Assembly (NCBI GenBank): GCA_041740355.1 | Contig: JBGSMD010000002.1 | Coordinates: forward strand, 1-64,000 | DNA from: Bdellovibrionota bacterium | Lineage (GTDB): Bacteria; Bdellovibrionota_C; UBA2361; CALJRW01 | Length of the DNA: 64,000 nucleotides | Direction: 5' to 3' | Shown: one piece after another, positions 10,412-20,295 of the stretch | How the letters are laid out: each line of letters starts with the position of its first letter | Position numbering within the stretch: position 1 is the first letter of the stretch | Made by a program: the position numbers and the translations under genes | Notes under the pieces: model-generated | Told to the model about the DNA's origin: nothing | Seen by the model: the letters and a program-made list of their open reading frames with translations, nothing else | Database searches by the model: none

Positions 10412-13400
10412 TAGTTAAACTGTAATTCACGTTTTTTGCTAAATGCTTTTGATTTGTTTTTAGATTTGCGAGAAGCTTTTAAAGCTAATTTTTTGCCAAA
10501 GTAGGCTGTTGATTTACTTTTGACGCGAAAGTCAATCGGGCTCTCGCTAGAATTTAATTGATTAAGTTCCTGATCTTCTTTTGTTGCTTCATCCAAAACT
10601 TGAAGTTGTTGCATGATTTGCATAAAGAGTTCTAATTGATCCTCACTCCAGGTTTCTTGTGTTGTTAATACCCGGAGTAGATTTAATTTATAAATTCTTT
10701 TTAGGCGATATTCCGTTAATTCTTTTGGTGTAAGCAAGTCTTCTGCTTGAGACTCGTTCATTAAGAGATCTTGCAGTGCTTTTATCTGCGAATTGATTGC
10801 TTCTTCTATTGTGTTTGGAAGCAATGGATCTGCCTGCCCCAAAAGCTTTTCTTTAGTAAGTAGTACTTCTTGATTTTCATTAAGAAATTGTTTGAGACTT
10901 TGCAGGTTGCCGAGTAGTTCGATGATCTCCTTGCTAGGAATGCTTTGCTGCTTGGTTGCGTAGGTTTCCAGAGTAATGACTTGATCTAAAGGCAGATTAT
11001 TTAGCAACTTTGCTATTTCAACGATCACTTGTAATTCATTTAGAACTAATTTTAACTCTTCAATTCTTACCGCCAGTGCTTGTGACAAATCATGATTTGT
11101 TAATTCTGATAGATTGATTGGGATAATTTCCAGAGCTAAAAGTTTTGCAAGCTCGGGATCAGATTTAAGTGAAAGTAGTTTTTGTAAAAGTTGTTCTTCT
11201 AATAAAATTAGTTCTTCTCGCGATCTGGGAATTTCCTGGGTATCGAGATCCATTAATTTAAGAGCAAATTGTTTTTCACTTTCCAAATCAGCGCTTGTAT
11301 TTAACTGTGGAACTTCGGAAGAGTACTCAGACACTGTTTGCGAATCAGGGGATTTTCTAGTTTCTAATTCCTGACTAACTTCCAAAGGTGTCGTATCTAT
11401 TTCTCCCCTAAGGTCGGCCCCTAATGAACTTTGCTTGCCGATCTCTGGTTCTATTTCTGCGAATTGCTGGATAAAATATTCTTTAATTAAGGTGATTCCT
11501 TCTAGAAACAATTCTTTCGGTGAATTCTCGATGATTTTTAACAGAAGCTCTTCTTGTTCTATAATCGACCTTAGTTCAAGTGACTCTGATTGATTTAAAA
11601 ATTGAGTAGCTAAGATCTCAATTAGCTCCCTGGCTTCGGTGCTTTGATCGGAAGCAATCATTTTGATTAATTGTAGGACTTCTGGGGCTAAGTCCGTTTG
11701 CCTAATATTTAACTCTTCTTTTGAGAGGCTAGCAGGATCTTGCTCAGTTACATCAATAATTTTACTAAGAGCTAAATTAAGCGCAGTTAGCTCTATGTCG
11801 ACTTCAATACTTTGTTGATTAAGAGCGGGAGGGGAGACTTGGCTGGAATCAATATTATTTAGGACAATGATATTTTCAGGGACGGCTTTGCTCGTGTCTT
11901 CCGCAACATGACTTGTTTCATTGAAAATCAAAGCGGGTTTTTCTTGATTATCATTTAGAGCAATTTGTTCTGAATTCGACTTAGGTAAGTTTTCCTTGTC
12001 AGTATTATCTAATCTTTTTAAATTAGGATCTCTTGGTGGCTCTGCTTCGAGCGGAGTAACTGAATTTAAGATGATTGTTTCGGTGGGAACAAGAATATTC
12101 TTTGATTCGGCTTCTCCTGATTCGGTCTTCTGATCTGGGGACTGTCTTAGGATTTCATCTTGGTATATCTCGGTGCTTTTTTGCTTTGATAAGATATTTT
12201 GTAAATCAAGATCTTCTCCCCTTGTATTATTCTCACTAGGCATTTGTAGTTGTGACAACTCTTCATTACTACTAGAGTGAATCTCTGTTTCTGCTGTAGT
12301 AAGTGGAGCGGGCCTTTGGACGCTTGAGTCAGAACCTTCTTCTGGAATTTTACCTTTTAGTTCAACAGTCCTTTCTTCAGTAGTATTTTCTGTTGTCAGA
12401 GAATTTACTGGTGGAATTATTCTGCTTGATTGTTCTGCCTGGTTCTCAGAGTCTAAACCTTGGGAGCTTGGCACATATTGTAATTCTTGGTCGATTGGCC
12501 TGGAAACAATCTTATTGTCTGGCAAGACATCTTGTGGCTGTAAGCTCGATTCAGTGTCTAACTTTTTATCCAGAGTTACATTTGCTGCTAGTAGATCAGT
12601 TGAGGGTTCCACAGCAGTTGGACTTGTTGTTTCAGGTTGCAGGGTATTTAGATCTAGAAATTCAGAAGTACTAGGACGATCAGAATTTTGGATCTCTTGT
12701 TTACCTAGATCCTCAATAACTGCTACTAACTCAACAGAGTTCGTTTTAGGATCTAAGATTGGTTTTTTAGGATCTCCAACAAATTCTAGAGTGGATTCAA
12801 TCTCAGAATGCAATGGAGGTCTTTCACCATTAACTATCTCAGATTCTATTGATCTCGCTGAATTATCAGAATGGCTTGGGTGACTACTTTCTGCAGATGG
12901 AGTAGGCGGTTCTGGGATAGTGGTAGTTTTAACTTGTTCCGTAGGATTAGATTCGAGTTGGGTTGTTACTATTTCGGTAAAATCCTTATTTCTGTCTGAA
13001 GGTGTAGTGGCTTCGGCATTCCTGCCTAATCCTCCGCCTTCGACGCTTAGTCTCTGTGAAGAATCAATCTCCGGTTTTTGACTCTCTTTTGAGGATTCAG
13101 CGGCAGGCGAATTGTCCGGTAGATCTGTATTAATTGAATTATTCTTGTCGCGATTTAGATTTTCTAAATCTTGTTTTACTTCAGGTGTGACCGCATCTTT
13201 GAGAGTAGTAATTTTTATTTCAGCAGAATCTTTGGAAAGAACTGGATTAATATCTGCCCTTAATTGGTCAAATTCTGCAAAACTTGCGGGGCTTGTTTGA
13301 TCAAAAGAAAGACTTCTTTTTTTTGTCTGACCAAAGTCTGGTTCTTCGGCTTCTTTTGTTATAGCGCTAGTAGTCTGTACTTTAGGAATTACATTTTCTG

Positions 13401-14814
13401 CTTCACTTGTGACTGCCAAAATACTGGGAATTCCTTCGCTAGGATTTTTCCTCTCAGTACCCTCTGGTTCTTTGATTTCAATTGTCCCAATACGAGGCGT
13501 TGATCCTGAATAATCCCTCCCAATTATCCGCTCTTCCTTTGTCTGGTTTTCACGATTACTTAGGTTAACCTTTGTCTCTCTGCTCTCTGCTTCTGATAAA
13601 AAGGAGAGTGGATCGCTATCACTTAGTTGCGTACTTGGAGGAACGAAAGAAACCTTGGTCGTTTCTGCTGATCGCACGGCGTTAGATTGTTCTCTTGCTC
13701 GAGTATCATCAGTAGTAGTATTTGAGGGAATTGGATTTACAAATATGTCCTGTTTTTCTTGAACAGGTATAGGGGACCTGAGAGTTGGAATCTCGTTTTG
13801 AATAGATTGTTCTGCTTGAGTTTTGGTAATAATTTCTGGAGTTGGGTTTCTACTACTGGTTTCAAAGGTTACTTCAGGAACTAGGCTCGCTGGTCTACTA
13901 TAACTTAGGGGTTCAGTCGCGAGGGAAGGATTTGTTGGGGTAGGAATCGTAATGTTGGGGGTAGAAACTGGTTGTGTGAAACTAGGATCTGAACTGTTAA
14001 GCATTTGTTTCTCTCTAGTGTCATTTGTGCGGCTAGAGACTCTTGGAAGATTAAAATTTTCTTCTCGAGCAGAAGTTTGCTCAGCGATTATTTTTTCTTC
14101 TGAATAAAAAGTTTTCTCAGTTTTTCCTACTAACCAAGTCACTTCAACTTTTGGCTCTACTTCTTTTGGAGCTGTAATTTCAGTAACATTTTTTAATGCT
14201 GGATTAGTTTCAGGTGTTGCTCCCGGAGTATTATTTGTGTTGTTGTAAAAACTAGCTTGTTCTGTTGGTACTTCCTGACTTCGATTGATTGTTGGTAATG
14301 AGGCGTCACTTGGAAAGGCAGTGGAATAAAATTCAACTAAAAGGCCTTGCCTTGAGGCAAGTTGTTCGATTGCTTGTTGAGGAATATTATAATTGCTAAC
14401 ACTTAAGACCCCATTTGTTAACTGAGCTTGTGCATTATCTAAGCTCAGTTGAGTTAGAATTTCTTTACTACCAGAAAAGGCTTCATTTAGGATTCGACCA
14501 TCAGGAGCTTTGATGAAATTATTTACCAAACCGTATTTGTCAGAGACAACTAAGGTTTGAGAGGCCGAACCAGTTTCTATCGCCTCAAGTGCCTGAACTA
14601 GATTAGCTAAATATTCAGGAGGCTCATTTTTATTTACCTCACTTAATTTTTCTCCAAAGCAATACCATTCGCCATCAACTTTGCGATAATCAATCATCTC
14701 ATTTTTTGGGGCAAGGACCTGCATATTAAAAGTTATAACCTCAGTTTTTGGATAAGAAAGCGTAATGAGAAAGCCGAAGTGCTTGAATTGATTGAAAAAA
14801 GCTTCTTTTTTCAA
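10411..14814 (-). CDS. Large hypothetical protein, mostly S/T/E/P/N/Q-rich low-complexity, with L/E-rich helical C-terminal third and basic tail
   Basis: 4.4-kb uninterrupted ORF; its stop overlaps the DMT start (TAATG); TTG start uncertain. Confidence 0.75.
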   Translation of the reverse strand: MKKEAFFNQFKHFGFLITLSYPKTEVITFNMQVLAPKNEMIDYRKVDGEWYCFGEKLSEVNKNEPPEYLANLVQALEAIETGSASQTLVVSDKYGLVNNFIKAPDGRILNEAFSGSKEILTQLSLDNAQAQLTNGVLSVSNYNIPQQAIEQLASRQGLLVEFYSTAFPSDASLPTINRSQEVPTEQASFYNNTNNTPGATPETNPALKNVTEITAPKEVEPKVEVTWLVGKTEKTFYSEEKIIAEQTSAREENFNLPRVSSRTNDTREKQMLNSSDPSFTQPVSTPNITIPTPTNPSLATEPLSYSRPASLVPEVTFETSSRNPTPEIITKTQAEQSIQNEIPTLRSPIPVQEKQDIFVNPIPSNTTTDDTRAREQSNAVRSAETTKVSFVPPSTQLSDSDPLSFLSEAESRETKVNLSNRENQTKEERIIGRDYSGSTPRIGTIEIKEPEGTERKNPSEGIPSILAVTSEAENVIPKVQTTSAITKEAEEPDFGQTKKRSLSFDQTSPASFAEFDQLRADINPVLSKDSAEIKITTLKDAVTPEVKQDLENLNRDKNNSINTDLPDNSPAAESSKESQKPEIDSSQRLSVEGGGLGRNAEATTPSDRNKDFTEIVTTQLESNPTEQVKTTTIPEPPTPSAESSHPSHSDNSARSIESEIVNGERPPLHSEIESTLEFVGDPKKPILDPKTNSVELVAVIEDLGKQEIQNSDRPSTSEFLDLNTLQPETTSPTAVEPSTDLLAANVTLDKKLDTESSLQPQDVLPDNKIVSRPIDQELQYVPSSQGLDSENQAEQSSRIIPPVNSLTTENTTEERTVELKGKIPEEGSDSSVQRPAPLTTAETEIHSSSNEELSQLQMPSENNTRGEDLDLQNILSKQKSTEIYQDEILRQSPDQKTESGEAESKNILVPTETIILNSVTPLEAEPPRDPNLKRLDNTDKENLPKSNSEQIALNDNQEKPALIFNETSHVAEDTSKAVPENIIVLNNIDSSQVSPPALNQQSIEVDIELTALNLALSKIIDVTEQDPASLSKEELNIRQTDLAPEVLQLIKMIASDQSTEARELIEILATQFLNQSESLELRSIIEQEELLLKIIENSPKELFLEGITLIKEYFIQQFAEIEPEIGKQSSLGADLRGEIDTTPLEVSQELETRKSPDSQTVSEYSSEVPQLNTSADLESEKQFALKLMDLDTQEIPRSREELILLEEQLLQKLLSLKSDPELAKLLALEIIPINLSELTNHDLSQALAVRIEELKLVLNELQVIVEIAKLLNNLPLDQVITLETYATKQQSIPSKEIIELLGNLQSLKQFLNENQEVLLTKEKLLGQADPLLPNTIEEAINSQIKALQDLLMNESQAEDLLTPKELTEYRLKRIYKLNLLRVLTTQETWSEDQLELFMQIMQQLQVLDEATKEDQELNQLNSSESPIDFRVKSKSTAYFGKKLALKASRKSKNKSKAFSKKRELQFN

Positions 14815-15031
14815 TCAATGTAAATTGCTAAGGAAAGTAAAAATTTTATTCGTAGCTGATGTAGCATATCAGCGAGACTGAAAATATTTCTTTCCAACGC
14901 AATTTCAAGCAGTTAGGCTTTTGTAATAGCTTACTTATCCAAGACTGAGGTTTATGCCACAACTTTTTAAGCTAATGAATCTCGCCATAATACCCATAAT
15001 TCGGCAAGGTCCTTTTAGCTTGTGGCCTATT

Positions 15032-17401
15032 TTATTGCTGCTCTTGCTCTACATTTTGTGAATTTGCATCGAAAGTATTAGGAATTAAGGAGGCACTGAC
15101 TAACTCGGCTCTTCTTGGTCCATGGTTTTGAGAAGAAGAGATAAAATTATTATCGCAGGCAACTCTAGCCCTGACTAAGTTACAAGCTATTGGTGTATTA
15201 GTTTGAGTAGGGACAGCTGGATCGTCAATCTGAAAAATCCAGGGGTTAGGGCCGGTTCCGGGTAGTGTCGTTTCTTTAGGGTTATCTGGTATAGCTGGAA
15301 TCTTAATATCGGCGGAGACTTGATAGTGTTTTAAGTGATAGTCGTGATAATCAGGACTGCTTAACTCTGGATTATTTGTGTTTTCAAGAGGGACAATTGG
15401 TGTAGTAAAACTATAAGTTTGTAGTGCTGGAGGCTCTACTGGTGGAGTACCAATATCCAAATCAAAGATATCGACATCGACAAAACCAATTACTACATAT
15501 TGTGAATCATTATTAATGCTAGGTTTTGCTTTGTTGGCTCCGATAATGCAAGGCCGGGCATTCGGCCCATCCTCGGCAATAATTGGAACTTTAGCCTGCC
15601 AAACGTTGTTTGTCGGATAATCTTTATCTTTTGGTAATGATTTTAGGGTGAAAGTTTGACCTGCATAATCAACAAACTGTTCTTGTTGAGTCAAAGAGTA
15701 TGAGGGACCAAAATGTGTTGCTTGCTCAGATTTGCCTGCAGTGCAATTGCTGACGCCCCAAGCATCTAAGATATCAGTTTTTCCTCCACAATCTAATCGC
15801 ATTCTTTTGGAGTTGCACAAACCATTACTGAATTGATCTCTAAGTAGAGTTGGATAGCGATCCGTATCAATTGCTGCAGAGCTGTTGCTTTCCATGCGAG
15901 CGTCATTAAAAAAAATTGCTTCTGCTGAACTGAAACCACTAGGGACTGGGTTAACCACAGGTAAAATTGAGGGTGCCAGTGTCGGGTATGGTAATGGCTG
16001 ATCGGGAAGAACTTCTAAGTTCGGAAAATTAGGTAGTGATGCTAATCCTAACGCGCGGTTGGAGCTCATGGTTATTTCATTATTGATTAGTGCTGAATTT
16101 GTTCCAAAAAAATATGAAGGATCACCTGATTTTATGAGTTTGTCCCAGATCATATTTCCCGTATCTTCTAGCTTTAATCCATCATGCCAAACATAAAATG
16201 CTTGTCCAATGGTAGCCCAATAATCTTCTTTAAAAAGCTCATCCTTTATTTTATTCTTAAGGAGGTAGATTAGTTTACCTTCGTTAAGGCTGGAGTTGGT
16301 ATGACCTACTACACCATAGTGATCGCTAATATGACTGTATGCATAATTAGTCCAACCGCCGAAAGTTGCATATTCCCCATCAAAACTAGAGTTATCCTGA
16401 TCTAAGCTGTAGTTTATTTTACGTTTAATATTACATTCATTGATGTCCTTGCTGCATGGCCCATAGAAAAAGGATGGACGCACGCCGAACTGATTATTTT
16501 TAAAAGCTGCTAATCTTTTTGTTTCGGCATCAACTTTATCTTGATATTCATAATATGCTAGGTAGCTTTCAGCGACATTATTAGCCGGTTTCACAAAAGG
16601 ACCAATTCCTTTTAGTGCTTCTTCATAACTGACTGTGAAAGGGAGGAATTCACTAACTTTTGGCAAGTAGCGATCTGACTGAGTAAATAATCGATCTCCA
16701 TAACAGATTTCTTCTTGTTCGAACTTTCCTTCTTCGCTGATTAAGGCACAGGCAGGTATAGCAAAGGGCGCAATCGCAACCGGCAGATTAGGTCCAGAGC
16801 GGGCAATCGCTCGACCGTTTATTTTTGCCGTGTCCGAGCCTCCGATTGGAAATCCCACAACACTCGTTAATCCTATTAATTTAATTTCGACTACAAAACT
16901 ATTCATCACAAGTTGTGGTGGAATGCCAGGATTATCTGCTAGCCATTGATTATCAAGCTTGGAAAACCTTGGAATATCAGTATCGTTGGGATCCTGACTA
17001 AGCCAACCAGGGTAGATCTGAACTTCAAGGTTAGTTCTTTTTGAGGTATAGCTTCTTTTGTAGGGGTCATGCGAAGGTTCTGTGATTTCAACTGGAGGTA
17101 AAAAATCATCATTTAATTCAATCCGTTCGTAGCCATTATTTTGTAAGCTAAAGTTATGATTTATTGTGGTTACTGCTGCCTGATAAGCTTGTTCTAAACA
17201 ACCATCTGCTGGGCAAAGTTTTTGAGCACCGGCAATGGCAGCTGCTTCGGCGATTGCCTGAAGGTGAGTGTAGGCTGCAAGTCGGGCATTATTAAAATAA
17301 AGATACCCGAGAGTTGTTAATGCTAGGAATACGGTCACACCCAGCCACAGAAAAATACTTCCTCTCTCGTCATTTATCATTACTTTTGTTTCGTATCTCA
17401 T
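15032..17401 (-). CDS. TadG-like pilus-associated protein (large Cys-containing C-terminal region)
   Basis: NDERG|SIFLW plus TM, then LQAIAEAAAIAGA Tad N-terminal motif; IAPFAIPAC; follows two TadE-like genes. Confidence 0.75.
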   Translation of the reverse strand: MRYETKVMINDERGSIFLWLGVTVFLALTTLGYLYFNNARLAAYTHLQAIAEAAAIAGAQKLCPADGCLEQAYQAAVTTINHNFSLQNNGYERIELNDDFLPPVEITEPSHDPYKRSYTSKRTNLEVQIYPGWLSQDPNDTDIPRFSKLDNQWLADNPGIPPQLVMNSFVVEIKLIGLTSVVGFPIGGSDTAKINGRAIARSGPNLPVAIAPFAIPACALISEEGKFEQEEICYGDRLFTQSDRYLPKVSEFLPFTVSYEEALKGIGPFVKPANNVAESYLAYYEYQDKVDAETKRLAAFKNNQFGVRPSFFYGPCSKDINECNIKRKINYSLDQDNSSFDGEYATFGGWTNYAYSHISDHYGVVGHTNSSLNEGKLIYLLKNKIKDELFKEDYWATIGQAFYVWHDGLKLEDTGNMIWDKLIKSGDPSYFFGTNSALINNEITMSSNRALGLASLPNFPNLEVLPDQPLPYPTLAPSILPVVNPVPSGFSSAEAIFFNDARMESNSSAAIDTDRYPTLLRDQFSNGLCNSKRMRLDCGGKTDILDAWGVSNCTAGKSEQATHFGPSYSLTQQEQFVDYAGQTFTLKSLPKDKDYPTNNVWQAKVPIIAEDGPNARPCIIGANKAKPSINNDSQYVVIGFVDVDIFDLDIGTPPVEPPALQTYSFTTPIVPLENTNNPELSSPDYHDYHLKHYQVSADIKIPAIPDNPKETTLPGTGPNPWIFQIDDPAVPTQTNTPIACNLVRARVACDNNFISSSQNHGPRRAELVSASLIPNTFDANSQNVEQEQQ

Positions 17402-17416
17402 AGCTTCCTTTAATGT

Positions 17417-17995
17417 TTAGCAGTCAGGATATCCTGATGAGTTAAGTGGTAGTATGCGGTAAAACGTTTTGATATGGGTGCAGATATCGTTTGTTAAGCC
17501 AAAAGTAATCTCCCCCATTAGACAATTAATTGGGACATTGACAGATAAGGACATGAGCACATTATTGTCTGGAGGAGATGTCGACTCAAAATTCTTTAGA
17601 GTTGTTAGGGCTGGTGCGCTTGGGCTAGGTGAGGGACTAATTTGATCTGGTCGACAGATCCTACCCAAAATTAAAGGTTTAGGGGGGATTATAGTTTCAG
17701 GATCAGTATATTTAATTTGGACTGATGCAAGTTGCTCTTTAAATCGATTCTTTAGTTCGTCAGAATCTACAAAGTAACCATTGTTTGAATCAATATCTGT
17801 AGCTAATAATGAATCATCCGTAGCATATTCAAGTAAGAGTTCTTCGCTAACAAAATTTATCGATGCTTTATCCACAAACACTAAGCAGATTTGAATGACG
17901 GTAAATAAAACTCCAAAAAATAGAGGGAAGATTAAAGCAAACTCGACCAAGGATGCACCTTTCATTTCTTGATATGGATTTAGAGGTGTCTTCAT
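17417..17995 (-). CDS. TadE/TadF-like pseudopilin
   Basis: KG|ASLVEFALIFPLFF prepilin motif (Gly-1, Glu+5). Confidence 0.85.
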   Translation of the reverse strand: MKTPLNPYQEMKGASLVEFALIFPLFFGVLFTVIQICLVFVDKASINFVSEELLLEYATDDSLLATDIDSNNGYFVDSDELKNRFKEQLASVQIKYTDPETIIPPKPLILGRICRPDQISPSPSPSAPALTTLKNFESTSPPDNNVLMSLSVNVPINCLMGEITFGLTNDICTHIKTFYRILPLNSSGYPDC

Positions 17996-18628
17996 TTAAT
18001 TTGGATTTGGATTACAAAAGGCATTACTCTTGGCAATACTATTAGCCACTGGTGCCCATTGATAGTGATTAATAATTTTCGTTGGACATGAACTTGTAGT
18101 ATCTAAACTTGGACTAGTAATAATTGGTAGATCGGCAGGATTTTCCAGATCAAAGCTTGTTGGAAGCGGAGCTAATAAAGTGTGGCAATTAAGTTTGTCA
18201 TCCAGCCCAAGAATCTTGGTTGGATTAGCTAGCTTAAGTCCCATCCAGACATAACCAGTTCTTATTGTATTAACTCCCCCAGCGCTAACTCCATCAGCAA
18301 AAAGTTCAACATCAATTACAAATTCTGCAGGAGTCAAAGAGTTTAATCTCAGTAAGTCGGTGATTAAATTTTTAATGTCTGGTAAGAGTACGGAGAAGGA
18401 TTCCACACTATCAGGTAAGTATTGGACATTTGCTAAGCTGGTGCAGCTTGATGCCGTACTCACCCCAACAGCCGCTTGTTGTAGAATTCGACTAAGATTG
18501 GCGTTATCCCTCATGTAGCCGGCAAGCTCAATAATGCCGAATGCGGTAATTACTAGGAAAGAAGTCGCTATTAGGCCTTCGATCATTACCCCACCAAACT
18601 CCCTATATTTCCCTTTTGATTTAAACAC
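17996..18628 (-). CDS. TadE-like pseudopilin
   Basis: FG|GVMIEGLIATSFLVITAFGIIE prepilin-like motif; GTG start. Confidence 0.72.
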   Translation of the reverse strand: MFKSKGKYREFGGVMIEGLIATSFLVITAFGIIELAGYMRDNANLSRILQQAAVGVSTASSCTSLANVQYLPDSVESFSVLLPDIKNLITDLLRLNSLTPAEFVIDVELFADGVSAGGVNTIRTGYVWMGLKLANPTKILGLDDKLNCHTLLAPLPTSFDLENPADLPIITSPSLDTTSSCPTKIINHYQWAPVANSIAKSNAFCNPNPN

Positions 18629-18793
18629 AGATAATATTGTACAATACTTGAAAGTAAATTGACCTAATATTTATTAGGCCTAATAAAATAATATAGTATA
18701 CTAACTCAAAGCGTAAGATGAAATTATAGTAAAGATCTAAAAGATTTACTGTAATTTCAGCAATTTATTGCGAGCAAAGAATATTAGATTTTA

Positions 18794-18832
18794 TCCTTCG
18801 TTGCCTCGGGCAAAGTAGGACAAGCAATCTCA
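18794..18832 (+). repeat. Degenerate REP-like palindrome (family C)
   Basis: TCCTTCG..TTGCCTCGGGCAA..GGACAAGCAATCTCA shares its flanks with 38390-38424 (TCCTTCG...GACAAGCAACCTCA). Confidence 0.35.
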
Positions 18833-18875
18833 CGCCTTTAAAAAATATACTCGACCAATTTTCAAAGAATGTTTA

Positions 18876-19649
18876 ATGCTTAATAAAGACAAAATCTCCG
18901 AAAGAAAGGCTAATTTACAAGCAGCCATCCATCAAAGACGGTTTTTATTGCCGAACTTGGTAACTTTGGGGAATTTATTCTGTGGATTCCTTTCAGTAAT
19001 TTATGCTAGCAGTGGCCGCTATGAGAAAGCTGTCTTAGCAATTTTTGTGGGAGCACTCTTGGATGCTCTCGATGGTCGAGTCGCAAGAAGGTTTAATGCC
19101 TCTTCTAAATTTGGTTTAGAGTTCGATTCCCTTGCTGATTTGGTTACTTTTGGAGTAGCGCCAGCATTCTTAATGTACCAATGGTGTTTCAAAACTAATG
19201 CCGATGAGTTTGGGGTGATTGTTTGTTTCGTGTATGTGATTTGCGCTGCCGCTCGTTTAGCAAGATTTAATGTTGTTGATAGTGGTAGTAAGGATTTCAC
19301 GGGCATGCCATCTCCTGCGGCGGCGGCGATGATCGTGTCAGTCGTGAATTTATTTCCAAGTATTGAGTTGCCCGAGTTTTCAGTTGCTATGGGTAGTGCT
19401 TATATTTTAATTGTAGCCTACTTAATGGTTTGTCGAATTCCATATTCTAGTGGTAAGAAATTTAAGTTTAAAAATCAAATTAGCTTTATCATTCTTGTGG
19501 GGGTTTTTATTGCGATGTTGTGGTACGAACCAAGGCTAACTGTGTTTTTAGTAGCATTAACTTACTGTCTCAGTGGGCCAGTCAAGCTTTTACCGTTTTT
19601 TAAAAGAAAAGCGTCCAAGTCCATTATCCCAAGTTCATCTACTAATTAG
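18876..19649 (+). CDS. pssA: CDP-diacylglycerol--serine O-phosphatidyltransferase
   Basis: LPNLVTLGNLFCG, DALDGRVAR, FGLEFDSLADLVTFGVAP, RLARFN, FTGMPSP. Confidence 0.92.
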   Translation: MLNKDKISERKANLQAAIHQRRFLLPNLVTLGNLFCGFLSVIYASSGRYEKAVLAIFVGALLDALDGRVARRFNASSKFGLEFDSLADLVTFGVAPAFLMYQWCFKTNADEFGVIVCFVYVICAAARLARFNVVDSGSKDFTGMPSPAAAAMIVSVVNLFPSIELPEFSVAMGSAYILIVAYLMVCRIPYSSGKKFKFKNQISFIILVGVFIAMLWYEPRLTVFLVALTYCLSGPVKLLPFFKRKASKSIIPSSSTN

Positions 19650-20281
19650 TTTGGCGCTCTTCGATAGTATTTAACTTCTGCCGGCATTAAGTTAAGCCAA
19701 ATATTCTTTTTGCTTGTACGATCAAAGTAATGTTGATGGTCTAAGAATTTTCCTAACTCCCGACGACGCTTTTGTTCCTTAAGCGGGAGTATCTCACCTA
19801 GTTTTTTACAACCCCAATAAGAGAAGTAACTTAATTTTGTGTGTCGATTGGATAATTGATGAAATGTTTTAAAAATATCTTCCGCCAATTTTGCGGGAAG
19901 GTTCAAGAAAGGAATCGAGCAAATAATATAATCATAATGTTTTGCCTTACTAATGTCTTGAACTGGACCTTCAAAGATTTCGATATTTTTACGATTTTTG
20001 TGATAATTTTCATCTGTTTCCAAGTATTTGCGTAGAATATCACAAAGCATGGGGTTCATTTCGCAAAGCGTCAAATGATCCTGAGGACGTAGTTTTTTTA
20101 AGATTTGCTTAGATATTGGACCTGTTCCAGCACCTGCTTCCAAGATTCTTACAGGTCTGTTATCTTCTGGTGTAATTATTTCAGTTAGGGCTTTTGATAA
20201 GAAGCTTGAGCTGGGCATTAGAGTTCCTGTGGCCGCAAAATCTTTGGCCATGGACTTTAAAATTGCAAATTGATTTTCCAT
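19646..20281 (-). CDS. Class I SAM-dependent methyltransferase, PmtA/OlsG-like lipid N-methyltransferase
   Basis: TGTLMPSSSFLS, ILEAGAGTG, IICSIPF, WLNLMPA motifs typical of Sinorhizobium-type PmtA/OlsG. Confidence 0.7.
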   Translation of the reverse strand: MENQFAILKSMAKDFAATGTLMPSSSFLSKALTEIITPEDNRPVRILEAGAGTGPISKQILKKLRPQDHLTLCEMNPMLCDILRKYLETDENYHKNRKNIEIFEGPVQDISKAKHYDYIICSIPFLNLPAKLAEDIFKTFHQLSNRHTKLSYFSYWGCKKLGEILPLKEQKRRRELGKFLDHQHYFDRTSKKNIWLNLMPAEVKYYRRAPN

Positions 20282-20295
20282 ATTAATTACAGATT

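Noticed and set aside
11114-13503. Several short + strand ORFs opposite the 1467-aa gene
   Set aside because: Antisense shadows with no motifs; the same applies to the short ORFs overlapping pgi, pssA, prs, rplY, carB and rpoD
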